NCBI GenBank assembly: GCA_001777515.1
Contig: MFEF01000028.1
Coordinates: 1-63,375 of the forward strand
Source: Candidatus Doudnabacteria bacterium RIFCSPHIGHO2_01_48_18
GTDB lineage: Bacteria > Patescibacteriota > Doudnabacteria > UBA920 > 2-01-FULL-46-14
Direction: 5' to 3'
Length of the DNA: 63,375 nt
Of the stretch, positions 38,379 to 48,075 are shown piece after piece (position 1 is the first letter of the stretch; each line of letters begins with the position of its first letter). The notes under the pieces were generated by a model. It was not told where the DNA came from. It made no database searches and saw only the letters and a program-made list of their open reading frames with translations. Both the position numbers and the translations under genes were made by a program.

Positions 38379-38945
38379 ATGATTTCCTTTTTGGACGGAA
38401 TAATAAAAGCCATTCGCAAGAATTTCATCATTGTCATGACTGACCATGTCGGCTACAAGGTGTTTGTGACCACGCAAATTTTGCTCAATGTGCAGCCCGC
38501 GCAAAAAACTTCGCTGTTTACCTATACCTATGTCAGAGAAGATCAGCTTGCGCTCTACGGTTTCTCGACCTTGAATGAGTTGGAATTTTTTGAGCAGCTA
38601 TTGGGTGTTTCCGGCATTGGTCCCAAATCCGCTTTGCAAATCATGTCTGTTGGAACTTTGGACGCGATAAAAAAAGGCATTGTCACCGAAGATATTTCCC
38701 TGTTTACCCAGGTTTCCGGCGTGGGCCGCAAAACCGCGGAAAGGCTCATTTTGGAACTCAAAGAAAAAATCGCATCATCTCCAGAAGAGTTAAACGCGCC
38801 AGTTCATACTGACGTGATTGATGTGCTCATGGCACTCGGGTATTCGCGCACCGAGGCCCGGGAGGCTTTAAGCGCAGTACCGTATGATGTAAAAGAATCT
38901 GAAGAAAAAATAAGACACGCGCTGCGGGCGCTTGCTAAACAGTAA
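38379..38945 (+). CDS. ruvA: Holliday junction DNA helicase RuvA
   Basis: MISFLDG... OB-fold N-terminus, two HhH motifs (GVSGIGPKSAL, VSGVGRKTAERL) and a domain III tail. Confidence 0.9.
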   Translation: MISFLDGIIKAIRKNFIIVMTDHVGYKVFVTTQILLNVQPAQKTSLFTYTYVREDQLALYGFSTLNELEFFEQLLGVSGIGPKSALQIMSVGTLDAIKKGIVTEDISLFTQVSGVGRKTAERLILELKEKIASSPEELNAPVHTDVIDVLMALGYSRTEAREALSAVPYDVKESEEKIRHALRALAKQ

Positions 38946-38947
38946 CC

Positions 38948-40207
38948 ATGCTTTCCTTTCTCCGAAAGATCCTCGGCCAAAGATTCATAAACTATTACCA
39001 CCTTGCTGCGGCAGCGCTGGCAAATTTTATTTACGGTTTTCCCAGCCGCAGCTTGCGCGTCATTGGCGTAACTGGCACTGACGGAAAGACTACGACTGTA
39101 AACATGATCGCCAGTATCTTGCGAACGGCCGGAAAAAATACTTCTCACCTTTCCACGGTCAACGCGCAGATCGGTTCCAAGGTTTATGGCACCGGCCTTC
39201 ACACTACAACACCGAGTTCGTTTGGCTTGCAAAGACTGCTGCGCAAGGCAGTCAGCGCGCGGTCGGAATATGTTGTGCTAGAGATCACCTCGCACGCGCT
39301 TGATCAGTACCGGACGTGGGGGATAAGGTTTGAAACCGCGGTCGTGACAAACGTGAGCCACGAGCATCTCGATTACCACCGCGACCTCGTTTCGTATATG
39401 GCGGCTAAAGCCAAGCTTCTTCGAAATGCCCGATACGTTATCCTGAATATGGATGATAAGAGTTTTAGTTTTTTTTCTGGGACTCTGAAAAAACAAGAGC
39501 CTGTGACATATGGACTAGATCCATCGGCCAAGATCTGGGCCGATGGAATCAAAGAGGATCTTGTCTCCCAGTCTGCTCTGGCGCATACACCTGCCGGGTC
39601 GTTTCCCGTAACCTTGAATCTCTCTGGCCAGTTCAATCTTTACAATGCCCTCGCGGCGATTGGTGTTGCCACAGCGTACGGCTTGGAAGCCCCAGCCATG
39701 CAAAAAGGACTTTCGGCCGTAAAAAATATCCCGGGCCGTTTAGAGATCATCCCGAGTCAAAAATCATTTTCCGTCATGGTTGATTTTGCGCATACCCCGA
39801 ACGCGCTGGAGAAATTGCTGCGTTTTTTGCGTCCCAAGGTAAAAGGACGAATCATCCACGTATTTGGCAGTGCGGGTGAAAGAGACAAAGTAAAGCGGCC
39901 GCTCATGGGAGGCGCGTCTGACCGCTACGCTGACATGGTCATTTTGACTCGCGAGGACAACCGCTCAGAGTCGCTTGATCAGATTTGTCATCAGATCGCG
40001 CTCGGTATCAGCCAGAAAATGTTCGACGATTCATATTTCATCATGCCGAACCGCAGAGAAGCGATCAGATTCGCTTTGTTCCGCGCAAGGCCCAATGACT
40101 TGGTGATTATTACTGGCAAAGGTCATGAACAGAGCCTCAATGTTGACGGGATAGAGACGCCCTGGGATGATAGGGCGGTGGCTCGGGAAGAATTAAGCAA
40201 ACTCTAG
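38948..40207 (+). CDS. Mur ligase family protein (MurE-like, short N-terminus)
   Basis: P-loop GVTGTDGKTTT with Mur ligase middle and C-terminal domains. 419 aa. Confidence 0.75.
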   Translation: MLSFLRKILGQRFINYYHLAAAALANFIYGFPSRSLRVIGVTGTDGKTTTVNMIASILRTAGKNTSHLSTVNAQIGSKVYGTGLHTTTPSSFGLQRLLRKAVSARSEYVVLEITSHALDQYRTWGIRFETAVVTNVSHEHLDYHRDLVSYMAAKAKLLRNARYVILNMDDKSFSFFSGTLKKQEPVTYGLDPSAKIWADGIKEDLVSQSALAHTPAGSFPVTLNLSGQFNLYNALAAIGVATAYGLEAPAMQKGLSAVKNIPGRLEIIPSQKSFSVMVDFAHTPNALEKLLRFLRPKVKGRIIHVFGSAGERDKVKRPLMGGASDRYADMVILTREDNRSESLDQICHQIALGISQKMFDDSYFIMPNRREAIRFALFRARPNDLVIITGKGHEQSLNVDGIETPWDDRAVAREELSKL

Positions 40208-40209
40208 AT

Positions 40210-40566
40210 ATGCAGCTCGTTATCGATACTACCCAGCCCGGACATATCAAACTCGAGCTCTGGACTGCAGGCCGCGCGGTAGCTAAAGCGGAAAAATACA
40301 CGCCAAAAATTTCTGAATCGCTTTTGGTAGAGACGGCAAAGCTATTAAAGAAACAGGGTGTTAAATTGCGCGATCTGGAAAAGATCTTGGTCAATCCAGG
40401 GCCAGGCGGGTTTTCATCTACTAGGACAGGAATCGCAACCGCGAACGCTTTAAGCTATGCTTTGGGTATACCGCTTGCCGAGTTTCCAGGGGGAAAAATC
40501 AAAACCATTGTGGTCCCAAAATACGACAAAGAGCCAAATATAACCCGACCAAAATCATGGAAGTAA
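40210..40566 (+). CDS. tsaB: TsaB-like t6A protein, N-terminal domain only
   Basis: ...LVNPGPGGFSSTRTGIATANALSYALGIPL matches the TsaB/Peptidase_M22 N-terminal pattern. At 118 aa it is roughly half the usual length. Confidence 0.65.
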   Translation: MQLVIDTTQPGHIKLELWTAGRAVAKAEKYTPKISESLLVETAKLLKKQGVKLRDLEKILVNPGPGGFSSTRTGIATANALSYALGIPLAEFPGGKIKTIVVPKYDKEPNITRPKSWK

Positions 40567-41471
40567 TCCAGGTTCAGAATCTGAAAAAATCCTACGGCAA
40601 GATCCAGGCTGTCAAAGGCGTTAGCTTTAGGGTGGAAGAAGGAGAGGTTTTTGGCCTCCTTGGCCCCAATGGCGCCGGTAAAACCTCGACGCTTGAGATG
40701 CTCGAGGGTCTCAGGCAGCCAGACAGCGGCAGTATCAAGGTTTTGAATGTCGATATTCACAAAGAGCCGTCCGCGGTACGCGGAAAAATAGGCATCGCGC
40801 TTCAGGCCTCCGGCTATTTTGAATACTTGACTTTGCGGGAACTGCTGGCGCTGTTTGGTAGTTTTTATAAAAATTCGCTGCCGGTGGAGGATTTGATAAA
40901 CAAATTCGATTTAAAAAAAGTCGCGGACTCGCGTTTTCAAGATCTTTCCGGCGGGCAAAGGCAGCGTTTTGTACTAGCAAGCGCACTCATCCATAAGCCG
41001 AAATTGCTGATCTTGGATGAACCGACGATTGGTCTTGATCCGCAAGCCAGACAAAAGTTCTGGGACATCCTTATGGAACTCCGGGCAGAGGGTTTAACAA
41101 TTTTACTTTCCACGCACTATTTGGAAGAGGCAGAAATCGTGTGCGACCGGGTCGCGATTATGGACCAGGGCAAGATTGTCGCCAATGACCGGCCGATAAA
41201 GCTGATTACTTCGCTGGGTGTAGCTTCGCGCATAAGGTTTATGTGCAGCAAACCGATCAATGTTTCGGAACTGGAATCGCTGCCCGGCATCTCGATTGCC
41301 AGGCGCGACCGCTATACTTATGACCTCGAGACAGAAAAGCCAGAAGTGGCCCTGCGCGAGCTGCTCGAGTGGGAGAAAAAATATAGCGGCAAGATTTTCA
41401 ATCTTTCTGTAGAGCAGGCCACGCTTGAGGACGTGTTTTTAAAATTGACCGGTCACTCACTACAGGAGTGA
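40557..41471 (+). CDS. ABC transporter ATP-binding protein (DrrA/ABC-2 type)
   Basis: Walker A (GPNGAGKTST), signature (LSGGQRQR) and Walker B (LILDEPT). Confidence 0.9.
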   Translation: MEVIQVQNLKKSYGKIQAVKGVSFRVEEGEVFGLLGPNGAGKTSTLEMLEGLRQPDSGSIKVLNVDIHKEPSAVRGKIGIALQASGYFEYLTLRELLALFGSFYKNSLPVEDLINKFDLKKVADSRFQDLSGGQRQRFVLASALIHKPKLLILDEPTIGLDPQARQKFWDILMELRAEGLTILLSTHYLEEAEIVCDRVAIMDQGKIVANDRPIKLITSLGVASRIRFMCSKPINVSELESLPGISIARRDRYTYDLETEKPEVALRELLEWEKKYSGKIFNLSVEQATLEDVFLKLTGHSLQE

Positions 41472-41478
41472 TCTACAT

Positions 41479-42222
41479 ATGAATCAGCTGGTACTAACTT
41501 TTCTTCGAATATTTTTCCGTAATCGGCGGGCGATATTTTTCGTTCTACTGCTGCCGGCCGGCATTTTTCTTATATTGACCTTCATGCGAGTCGAGCAGAT
41601 TCTCCAGTTTGACGTTGGTCTCGAATACACGGATTTCCTGCTGGCGGGGATCATGGCCTACGCGATCATGCAAATGGGGATTTACACCGTGTCGTATTCG
41701 CTGATTGACTATAAAAAGCAGGGCGTGCTCAAGCGACTCGCGGTCTCGCCGCTTTCAGCGCGAGGATTTTTGCAAGCGCATTCTCTCGCGCGGTTCGCCG
41801 TCGCCCTCATCCAGGTCGCGGTTCTGCTCGGCATTGGCATGCTCCTGACAGGTTCTCGACCGAGCGGAAACGTTATGCTGCTGCCGCTCGTGATTTTGCT
41901 CGGCAGCGCAGTGTTTCTGAATTTTGGTTATGTTATTTCCGCGTTCGCCAGAGATTACGAAGAAGCCGCTCCTTATACCACCATCGTCGGTTTGGGTTTA
42001 GGGTTTCTCGGTGATGTATTTTTTTCTCTTTCCAACCTGCCGGCGTTGCTGCAGAATATAGGGGAAGTTCTGCCTATGTCCGCCTTGTCAGGCGCGATGC
42101 GTTACAGTTTATTTGGTGTCCAGGGTCAGCATTTTGTTTTCAATCTTATCGTTTTGTGCGCGTGGTTTGTGATCGGGACAGTGGTCGCGAATGCGATTTT
42201 CGCGAAAAAAGCGTATAAATAA
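41479..42222 (+). CDS. ABC-2 type transporter permease
   Basis: 247 aa with six hydrophobic segments, adjacent to the ATPase. Confidence 0.8.
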   Translation: MNQLVLTFLRIFFRNRRAIFFVLLLPAGIFLILTFMRVEQILQFDVGLEYTDFLLAGIMAYAIMQMGIYTVSYSLIDYKKQGVLKRLAVSPLSARGFLQAHSLARFAVALIQVAVLLGIGMLLTGSRPSGNVMLLPLVILLGSAVFLNFGYVISAFARDYEEAAPYTTIVGLGLGFLGDVFFSLSNLPALLQNIGEVLPMSALSGAMRYSLFGVQGQHFVFNLIVLCAWFVIGTVVANAIFAKKAYK

Positions 42223-42230
42223 TTACAAAT

Positions 42231-42264
42231 TTTTCTCCCCCTCCTGAAAGGAAGGGAGAGAGAG
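42231..42264. repeat. CT-rich/GA-rich imperfect hairpin (member of a dispersed repeat family); it also supplies the SD of the next gene
   Basis: TTTTCTCCCCCTCC-tgaaa-GGAAGGGAGAGAGAG. Compare 51976-52030 and 58995-59101. Confidence 0.5.
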
Positions 42265-42268
42265 TAAA

Positions 42269-42595
42269 ATGAACATGATTCCTTACGAAGATTTTAAAAA
42301 ACTGGAAATAAAAATCGGTAAGATTGAAGCCGCAGAAAGGGTCGAGGGCTCGGGCAAGCTCCTAAAGCTCCAGGTAGATCTCGGGGATGGAACGCGGCAA
42401 ATCATCGCTGGCATCGGCCGATTTCATGCTCCAGAGGACATTATCGGCCACGAAATCGTGGTATTGGCCAATTTGGAACATCGCACATTGCTGGGCCACG
42501 AGTCCCAAGGCATGCTTTTGGCAGCAGATACCGGGGAAGGACCAGTATTACTGCGGCCAGACAAAGAGGTTCCGCCTGGAACCGCGGTTAGATAA
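42269..42595 (+). CDS. tRNA-binding domain protein (CsaA/EMAP-like)
   Basis: FKKLEIKIGKIEAAERVEGSGKLLKLQVDLGDG...VVLANLEHRTLLGHESQGMLLA fits the tRNA_bind OB-fold pattern. Confidence 0.8.
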   Translation: MNMIPYEDFKKLEIKIGKIEAAERVEGSGKLLKLQVDLGDGTRQIIAGIGRFHAPEDIIGHEIVVLANLEHRTLLGHESQGMLLAADTGEGPVLLRPDKEVPPGTAVR

Positions 42596-42607
42596 GGTTA
42601 ATAATTT

Positions 42608-43075
42608 ATGACAACAAGAACTTCAATTATCTTGGTTTTAGCCGGCATTTTGCTTATCGGCGGTTTGTGGTCAGCAATAAAAACCGCGCCCATAGAAAAC
42701 AATAACGGCACCACCAGCGACCAGGGCGGAGGGCTCGAGCAAAACATCCCGGGGAATGATAAGCTGCGGATTTTTTCACCGCTTCCCAACGGGGTGATTA
42801 CCTCGCCGGTGTCTTTACGCGGCGAAGCACGCGGTAATTGGTATTTTGAGGCTAGTTTTCCTATTCGTTTGCTGGATGCCAATGGAAAAGAGCTGGCTGT
42901 GGCTGTGGCGCAAGCGCAAGGGGAGTGGATGACCGAAGATTTCGTTCCTTTTAACGTGAACATGTCATTTCCCGTACCCACGACATCCACCGGAACACTC
43001 GTTTTTCAGAAAGATAACCCATCTGGCCTTCCAGAACATGATGACGAATTCCGCATGCCTGTGCGATTTCGTTAA
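42608..43075 (+). CDS. Gmad2 immunoglobulin-like domain protein (membrane anchored)
   Basis: N-terminal TM helix, then RIFSPLPNGVITSPVSLRGEARGNWYFEASFPIRLLDANGKEL...GEWMTEDFVPF. Confidence 0.7.
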   Translation: MTTRTSIILVLAGILLIGGLWSAIKTAPIENNNGTTSDQGGGLEQNIPGNDKLRIFSPLPNGVITSPVSLRGEARGNWYFEASFPIRLLDANGKELAVAVAQAQGEWMTEDFVPFNVNMSFPVPTTSTGTLVFQKDNPSGLPEHDDEFRMPVRFR

Positions 43076-43106
43076 TTCTGCACCGGGCGAGCGGACAAAA
43101 CAGTAT

Positions 43107-44501
43107 TTTCCAATCAAGAGATGATACTGAAATGGTAGGTCGCAAAAACTGGGAAATTAAAGTTTAATCTGGTTAAAGAGCTTGGATTTTACCTCCTGCA
43201 TCAGCTCGGCGAATTCGTTGTCGGAATATTGGTATGCTAATTCATCCAGCTTCTCAATCGTTCGTCCTGGGGCCAAATATTGCGTCGGGTTTTCCAAAGA
43301 CTTGAATTTTTCATACGGAATGAGGTAGGTATTGTAAATTTTCTTGTGTTTGCCTTTGCGGTCAGTAATAGTGGTGGCAAAAGCGCAGGGACGATGATAA
43401 TTCAGATAGATATTGAAATATTGTTTGTAGAATTCATTGATAGCCGCAGCGTATTTTCCAGAGACATGGTTGTATCCCATCCATTTTCGCACCACACTGC
43501 CGTTTTTTGATTCCGCCAGCGCATTATCATTGCTTTGCCGGGAGCGGGATTTAGTTTGTTCAATCAAGAGTTTGTTTAACAGTTTTGCCACCGTATGATT
43601 GATATATTCACTGCCATTATCGGAATGAAAGCCCAGAACCACAAACGGGAATTGCTCCAGGCAGTCTGCCAAGAGCGGATGCAGGAAAGCTTCGGAGATC
43701 TTTTCCGCACAGCCGATAATTTCCCACTGCGTGACTTCATCCACGAGGTTAATGTGGTACACGCCTTTTTCCTTGTCCAAATCCCCTTGATGCACGCTAT
43801 CCACCCGTAAATAGCCAGGTTTGCCCTGGGGATCAGGCTTCCTGCGTTCCCCAATGTTTCTCTGGACTGCCTGGGTATGCTCAAAGGTTTGCGCCTGCGA
43901 CAGATACTGCCGTTTGCCGCGCAGGTTGTAAATGTGACTTATGGAAATATTTTTCAGCCGTTCGAATTTCTCATCTTTAAAAACGTTGCGTGCCCGCTGG
44001 AACAGTTGTTTGGTAGCCGGCCCGGACAGCCGGTTATGAGCATTGTCAGTTCGAGACAGCAGGGCTATGTCCTGGGGAGTGTAGAGGGTTGGAAACGAGT
44101 GGCGTCTGCCCCAGTCGTCAGAGACGGCGATTTTGCCGCTATTGCGCTTTTTGACTATCAGCCGTTTGATCTGCGGATCAGAGTAGCCGGTCATTTTGCA
44201 TGAGATACGCTTTCACGATTGATTTGTCCTTTCTCTTGAGGCGAAAGTAGTTAAACTTGTTTAAGGCTTCTGTTAGCCACGCGTACTTCTCCTTCCGGGA
44301 AGCCGCATGGAAATCCAGAGCGTGAGCGACCTTTAGAAACTCCTGAATTTGAGCTATGCTCACGAGGTGTGAGTCGTTCATATGGATGGTCATATATCCC
44401 AGTATGGCGACTCACACGCTTTAGGGGAACGACTGGAGATACCCCTTTGAGTATCATTCTGTATTGGAAACGGTTAGGTAGTCCAGTATCATCTTGTATT
44501 G
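43107..44501 (-). mobile_element. Insertion sequence (DDE/rve transposase) with imperfect terminal inverted repeats; boundaries approximate
   Basis: Left end TTTCCAATCAAGAGATGATACTG (43107-43129). The right side has two inverted copies: GAGTATCATTCTGTATTGGAAA (44447-44470) and CAGTATCATCTTGTATTG (44484-44501). Confidence 0.7.
43157..44393 (-). pseudogene. rve-type DDE transposase split into two overlapping ORFs (44393-44178 and 44194-43157) by a frameshift at an A4 run
   Basis: The upstream ORF ends ...KAYLMQNDRLL*. The downstream ORF starts MTGYSDPQIKRLI one base out of frame, at CTCATGCAAAATGACC. The DDE triad region is present (LRVDSVHQGD, HSDNGSEY, about 36 aa, then AESKNG). Confidence 0.75.
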
Positions 44502-44515
44502 TACAAGACTAAAAC

Positions 44516-44543
44516 TTGACAACTTTTTTTCCATAAGTACAAT
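44516..44543 (+). promoter_or_regulatory. Near-consensus sigma70 promoter TTGACA-16-TACAAT facing rpoB
   Basis: Hexamers at 44516-44521 and 44538-44543, about 200 nt upstream of the rpoB ATG and 15 nt outside the IS end. Confidence 0.5.
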
Positions 44544-44585
44544 GAATTTATGGACAATATGGTGATACGGTAAGCCATTTACTTG

Positions 44586-44614
44586 GCCCTTTTTGTTTTT
44601 TGTACAAAAAGGGC
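44586..44614 (+). terminator. Leader hairpin / possible attenuator upstream of rpoB
   Basis: GCCCTTTTT-gttttttgtac-AAAAAGGGC followed by ATATTTT. An alternative local palindrome TTTTTGTACAAAAA uses the same 3' arm. Confidence 0.35.
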
Positions 44615-44742
44615 ATATTTTCACGCCTGTGAAGCAACTTCGACCGGTCCAAAAATGCGCTTAAATAAGCCATTATTCGCAAAAAAACCGGCATCAGATC
44701 AAAATAAAACCAAAATTTTATTAACTAATCGAAGTTGTACAA

Positions 44743-47700
44743 ATGGCCGGAAAAAAATCTTTAACCCAAAATTTACTCCAAAATTTGCCGATTCGAAAGA
44801 GTGTATCGGCGAAACGCAAACGTTTTTCCAGCGCGCCTGAGGCAATGGATCTGCCTAATTTGATAGAGATGCAGATTCAATCCTACCGCTGGTTTTTTGA
44901 GCACGGACTCTCCGAACTTTTTTCAGAGATAAGCCCAGTAAAGGATTTTACGGGTAAGAATTTGGAGCTGCATTTCGGACAATATTTCCTGGATCAGCCG
45001 AAATTTACAGAAGCTGTGTCCAAAGAGCGCAACACTACTTTTGAAGCGCCGCTTTACGTCCAGGTCAAGCTCGTCAACAAGGCTAAGAACAAAACCAAAA
45101 CTCAGGATGTTTATCTTGGCGATTTTCCGCTTATGACCAACCGCGGAACTTTCGTGATCAATGGAGTGGAAAGAGTGGTAGTTTCTCAGCTCATCAAATC
45201 CCCCGGAGTGTTCTTCAGCGCTTCCTACAGCCGAGGCCGCAACTATTACGGCGCAAAGATCATACCGAACAGAGGAGCGTGGCTTGAGCTTGATACAGAC
45301 CTCAATGGCGTCATTGGCGTAAAAATCGATCGCAAACGCCGTATTCCGATTTCCGCTTTGCTGCGCGTTTTCGGTTTGATCACAAACGATGATATTCTCG
45401 CCGCCTTTTCTGATATCGATACTAATCCGGACATGAAATACATCCAGACCACTTTGGAAAAAGATCCTTCGAAAAATCCTGACGAAGGATTCAAAGAGGT
45501 TTACAAGAGAATCCGCCCCGGCGACCTGGCAACGGTTGATAACGCGCGTTCTTTGATTGAGGCGATGTTTTTCAACTTTGACCGCTATGATCTGTCCCAG
45601 GTAGGCAGATACAAATTCAACCAGCGCCTCAAGGTTGACAAGAGCCGCGAGGAGCGCATCTTAACCAAAGAGGATTTGGTGGCGGTTGTGCGCGAGATTA
45701 TCAGACTGAATAATTCTCAGGAGCCGCAGGACGATATTGACCATTTGGCAAACCGCCGCGTACGCGCTGTCGGCGAGCTGATTCAGAGCAAATTCCGCGT
45801 TGGGCTGCAGCGCATGAGCCGCATTGCCAAAGATCGCATGAGCATGGCTGATCTCGACACTGTCACGCCAGCCCAGCTTATCCATGTTCGTCCTATCGTC
45901 GCGGTCATGCAGGAGTTTTTCTCCTCGTCTCAGCTGTCTCAGTTTATGGATCAAACCAACCCTTTGGCCGAGCTGGAACACAAGCGCCGCTTGTCAGCCA
46001 TGGGTCCGGGTGGTTTGTCTCGCGAGCGCGCTGGGTTTGAGGTCAGAGACGTGCACCGCTCCCACTATGGCCGGCTTTGTCCTATTACCACCCCGGAAGG
46101 CCCGAACATTGGTTTGGTGGCCCACCTTGCTTCCTACGCCCGGATAAATGAATTCGGCTTTATTGAGACCCCTTACCGCAAGATCGTGAAAGATGGCGAC
46201 AAAGTGCGCATGACGGACGAGATTGAATATTTGGACGCTTATGAAGAAAGCCAGTTTGTCATCGCGCAAGCCAACACGCCTGTTGATGAAAAAGGATATT
46301 TGGTGAGTCAGCGCGTATCGGTTAGAATTCACGGCGAGCCTTCCATGGCCATTGTCTCCGAGATCGATTACATGGATGTGTCGCCAAAGCAAATCGTTTC
46401 TATTACCACCTCGCTAATTCCTTTCCTCGAGCATGACGACGCGAACCGCGCTTTGATGGGATCAAATATGCAGCGCCAGGCAGTGCCTTGCATCCGTCCG
46501 CAATCCCCGATCGTAGGCACAGGCGTGGAAGAAAAAGCTGCTTTTGATTCCGGACAGGTCATTGTTTGCGAAGGCAGCGGCGCGGTTCATTCTGTAACTG
46601 GCGATAAGATCATTGTCGCGGAGGATGATGGCAAGAAACGTGAATATATTTTGAAGAAATTTTTGCGCTCCAATACCTCCACCAGCATTAATCAGAAAGC
46701 GATCGTCAAGCGCGGTGAAAAAGTTTTGCGCGGCCAGGCCCTCGCTGACGGTCCAGCTACCGAGAATGGTGAAATCGCGCTCGGCCAAAACGTGCTCGTG
46801 GCCTTTTTGTCATGGAGCGGTTACAATTATGAAGACGCTATCATTATTTCTTCGCGGCTCGTCGAGCAGGACCGCTACAGCTCGATTCATATCGAAGATT
46901 TTAAAATCGATGTCCGCGATACCAAGCTCGGTCCGGAGATCGTAACCAGAGACATTCCCAATGTTGGAGAAGAAAAGCTCAAAGACCTTGATGAGAACGG
47001 CATCATTCGCATCGGCGCTCAGGTCAAAGCCGGCGACATTCTGGTGGGAAAAATCACTCCTAAAGGCGAAACTGATCTGACCGCGGAAGAAAAATTGCTA
47101 CGCGTGATTTTTGGCGAGAAAGCCAGAGACGTCAAAGACACCTCCCTTACCCTGCCCCATGGCGAATACGGCAAAGTCGTGAACATTCGCGAGTTTTCTC
47201 GCGAGAAGGGCGACAAGCTCTCCTCTGGCGTCATCAGATCCATCCAGGTTTCCGTCGCCGTTATCCGCAAAGTCACCATGGGCGACAAAATGGCCGGCCG
47301 GCATGGTAACAAAGGCGTTATTTCCAAAATCGTTCCGGTTGAAAACATGCCATTCATGGAAGACGGCACCCCGGTTGATATCATCCTGAACCCGCTTGGT
47401 GTGGCGAGCCGTATGAACCTCGGCCAGATTCTGGAGACCCATTTGGGTCTTGCCAGCCACCGCTTAGGCTACAAAGCAGCGAGTCCCGTGCTAGACGGCG
47501 TGCCGGAAGAAGTTATTAAAGAAGAACTGACCAAGGCGGGTTTCCCAGCGGACGGAAAAGTCGTGCTTTATGATGGCCGCACAGGTGCGCAGTTTGATAA
47601 TAAAGTCACCGTAGGCTACATCTATATCATGAAGCTGCACCATTTGGTTGACGACAAAATGCACGCCAGGTCCACGGGTCCCTACTCTCTCATTACGCAG

Positions 47701-48072
47701 CAGCCTCTCGGCGGTAAAGCGCAGTTCGGCGGACAACGTTTTGGCGAAATGGAAGTCTGGGCGCTGGAAGGTTATGGTGGAGCGCACACTTTGCAGGAAA
47801 TGCTCACCATCAAATCTGATGACGTGGTTGGCCGCTCAAAGACTTATGAATCTATCGTGAAGGGTGAACCGATCAAAACCCCGAATGTTCCAGAATCATT
47901 CCGTGTCTTGGTCAAAGAGCTGCAGTCCCTGTGTCTTGATGTGAACCTCATAGAAGAGCAGGTAACGGGAGCGGATACCGAAGGGGAGATCCGCGAGCTG
48001 ACAACCCCGGAGCAACAGAATTTGGATCATGAAGACAAGGAAGTAAAAAAGGAGAAGGCGAAAGCCGCATAA
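44743..48072 (+). CDS. rpoB: DNA-directed RNA polymerase subunit beta
   Basis: 1109 aa with conserved beta-subunit blocks (e.g. [32 protein letters not shown]). Confidence 0.97.
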   Translation: MAGKKSLTQNLLQNLPIRKSVSAKRKRFSSAPEAMDLPNLIEMQIQSYRWFFEHGLSELFSEISPVKDFTGKNLELHFGQYFLDQPKFTEAVSKERNTTFEAPLYVQVKLVNKAKNKTKTQDVYLGDFPLMTNRGTFVINGVERVVVSQLIKSPGVFFSASYSRGRNYYGAKIIPNRGAWLELDTDLNGVIGVKIDRKRRIPISALLRVFGLITNDDILAAFSDIDTNPDMKYIQTTLEKDPSKNPDEGFKEVYKRIRPGDLATVDNARSLIEAMFFNFDRYDLSQVGRYKFNQRLKVDKSREERILTKEDLVAVVREIIRLNNSQEPQDDIDHLANRRVRAVGELIQSKFRVGLQRMSRIAKDRMSMADLDTVTPAQLIHVRPIVAVMQEFFSSSQLSQFMDQTNPLAELEHKRRLSAMGPGGLSRERAGFEVRDVHRSHYGRLCPITTPEGPNIGLVAHLASYARINEFGFIETPYRKIVKDGDKVRMTDEIEYLDAYEESQFVIAQANTPVDEKGYLVSQRVSVRIHGEPSMAIVSEIDYMDVSPKQIVSITTSLIPFLEHDDANRALMGSNMQRQAVPCIRPQSPIVGTGVEEKAAFDSGQVIVCEGSGAVHSVTGDKIIVAEDDGKKREYILKKFLRSNTSTSINQKAIVKRGEKVLRGQALADGPATENGEIALGQNVLVAFLSWSGYNYEDAIIISSRLVEQDRYSSIHIEDFKIDVRDTKLGPEIVTRDIPNVGEEKLKDLDENGIIRIGAQVKAGDILVGKITPKGETDLTAEEKLLRVIFGEKARDVKDTSLTLPHGEYGKVVNIREFSREKGDKLSSGVIRSIQVSVAVIRKVTMGDKMAGRHGNKGVISKIVPVENMPFMEDGTPVDIILNPLGVASRMNLGQILETHLGLASHRLGYKAASPVLDGVPEEVIKEELTKAGFPADGKVVLYDGRTGAQFDNKVTVGYIYIMKLHHLVDDKMHARSTGPYSLITQQPLGGKAQFGGQRFGEMEVWALEGYGGAHTLQEMLTIKSDDVVGRSKTYESIVKGEPIKTPNVPESFRVLVKELQSLCLDVNLIEEQVTGADTEGEIRELTTPEQQNLDHEDKEVKKEKAKAA

Positions 48073-48075
48073 TAT

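Noticed and set aside
44583-44840. An 85-aa ORF overlaps the rpoB start.
   Set aside because: It begins inside the leader hairpin, has no SD or promoter geometry, and overlaps rpoB out of frame. It is treated as non-coding leader.
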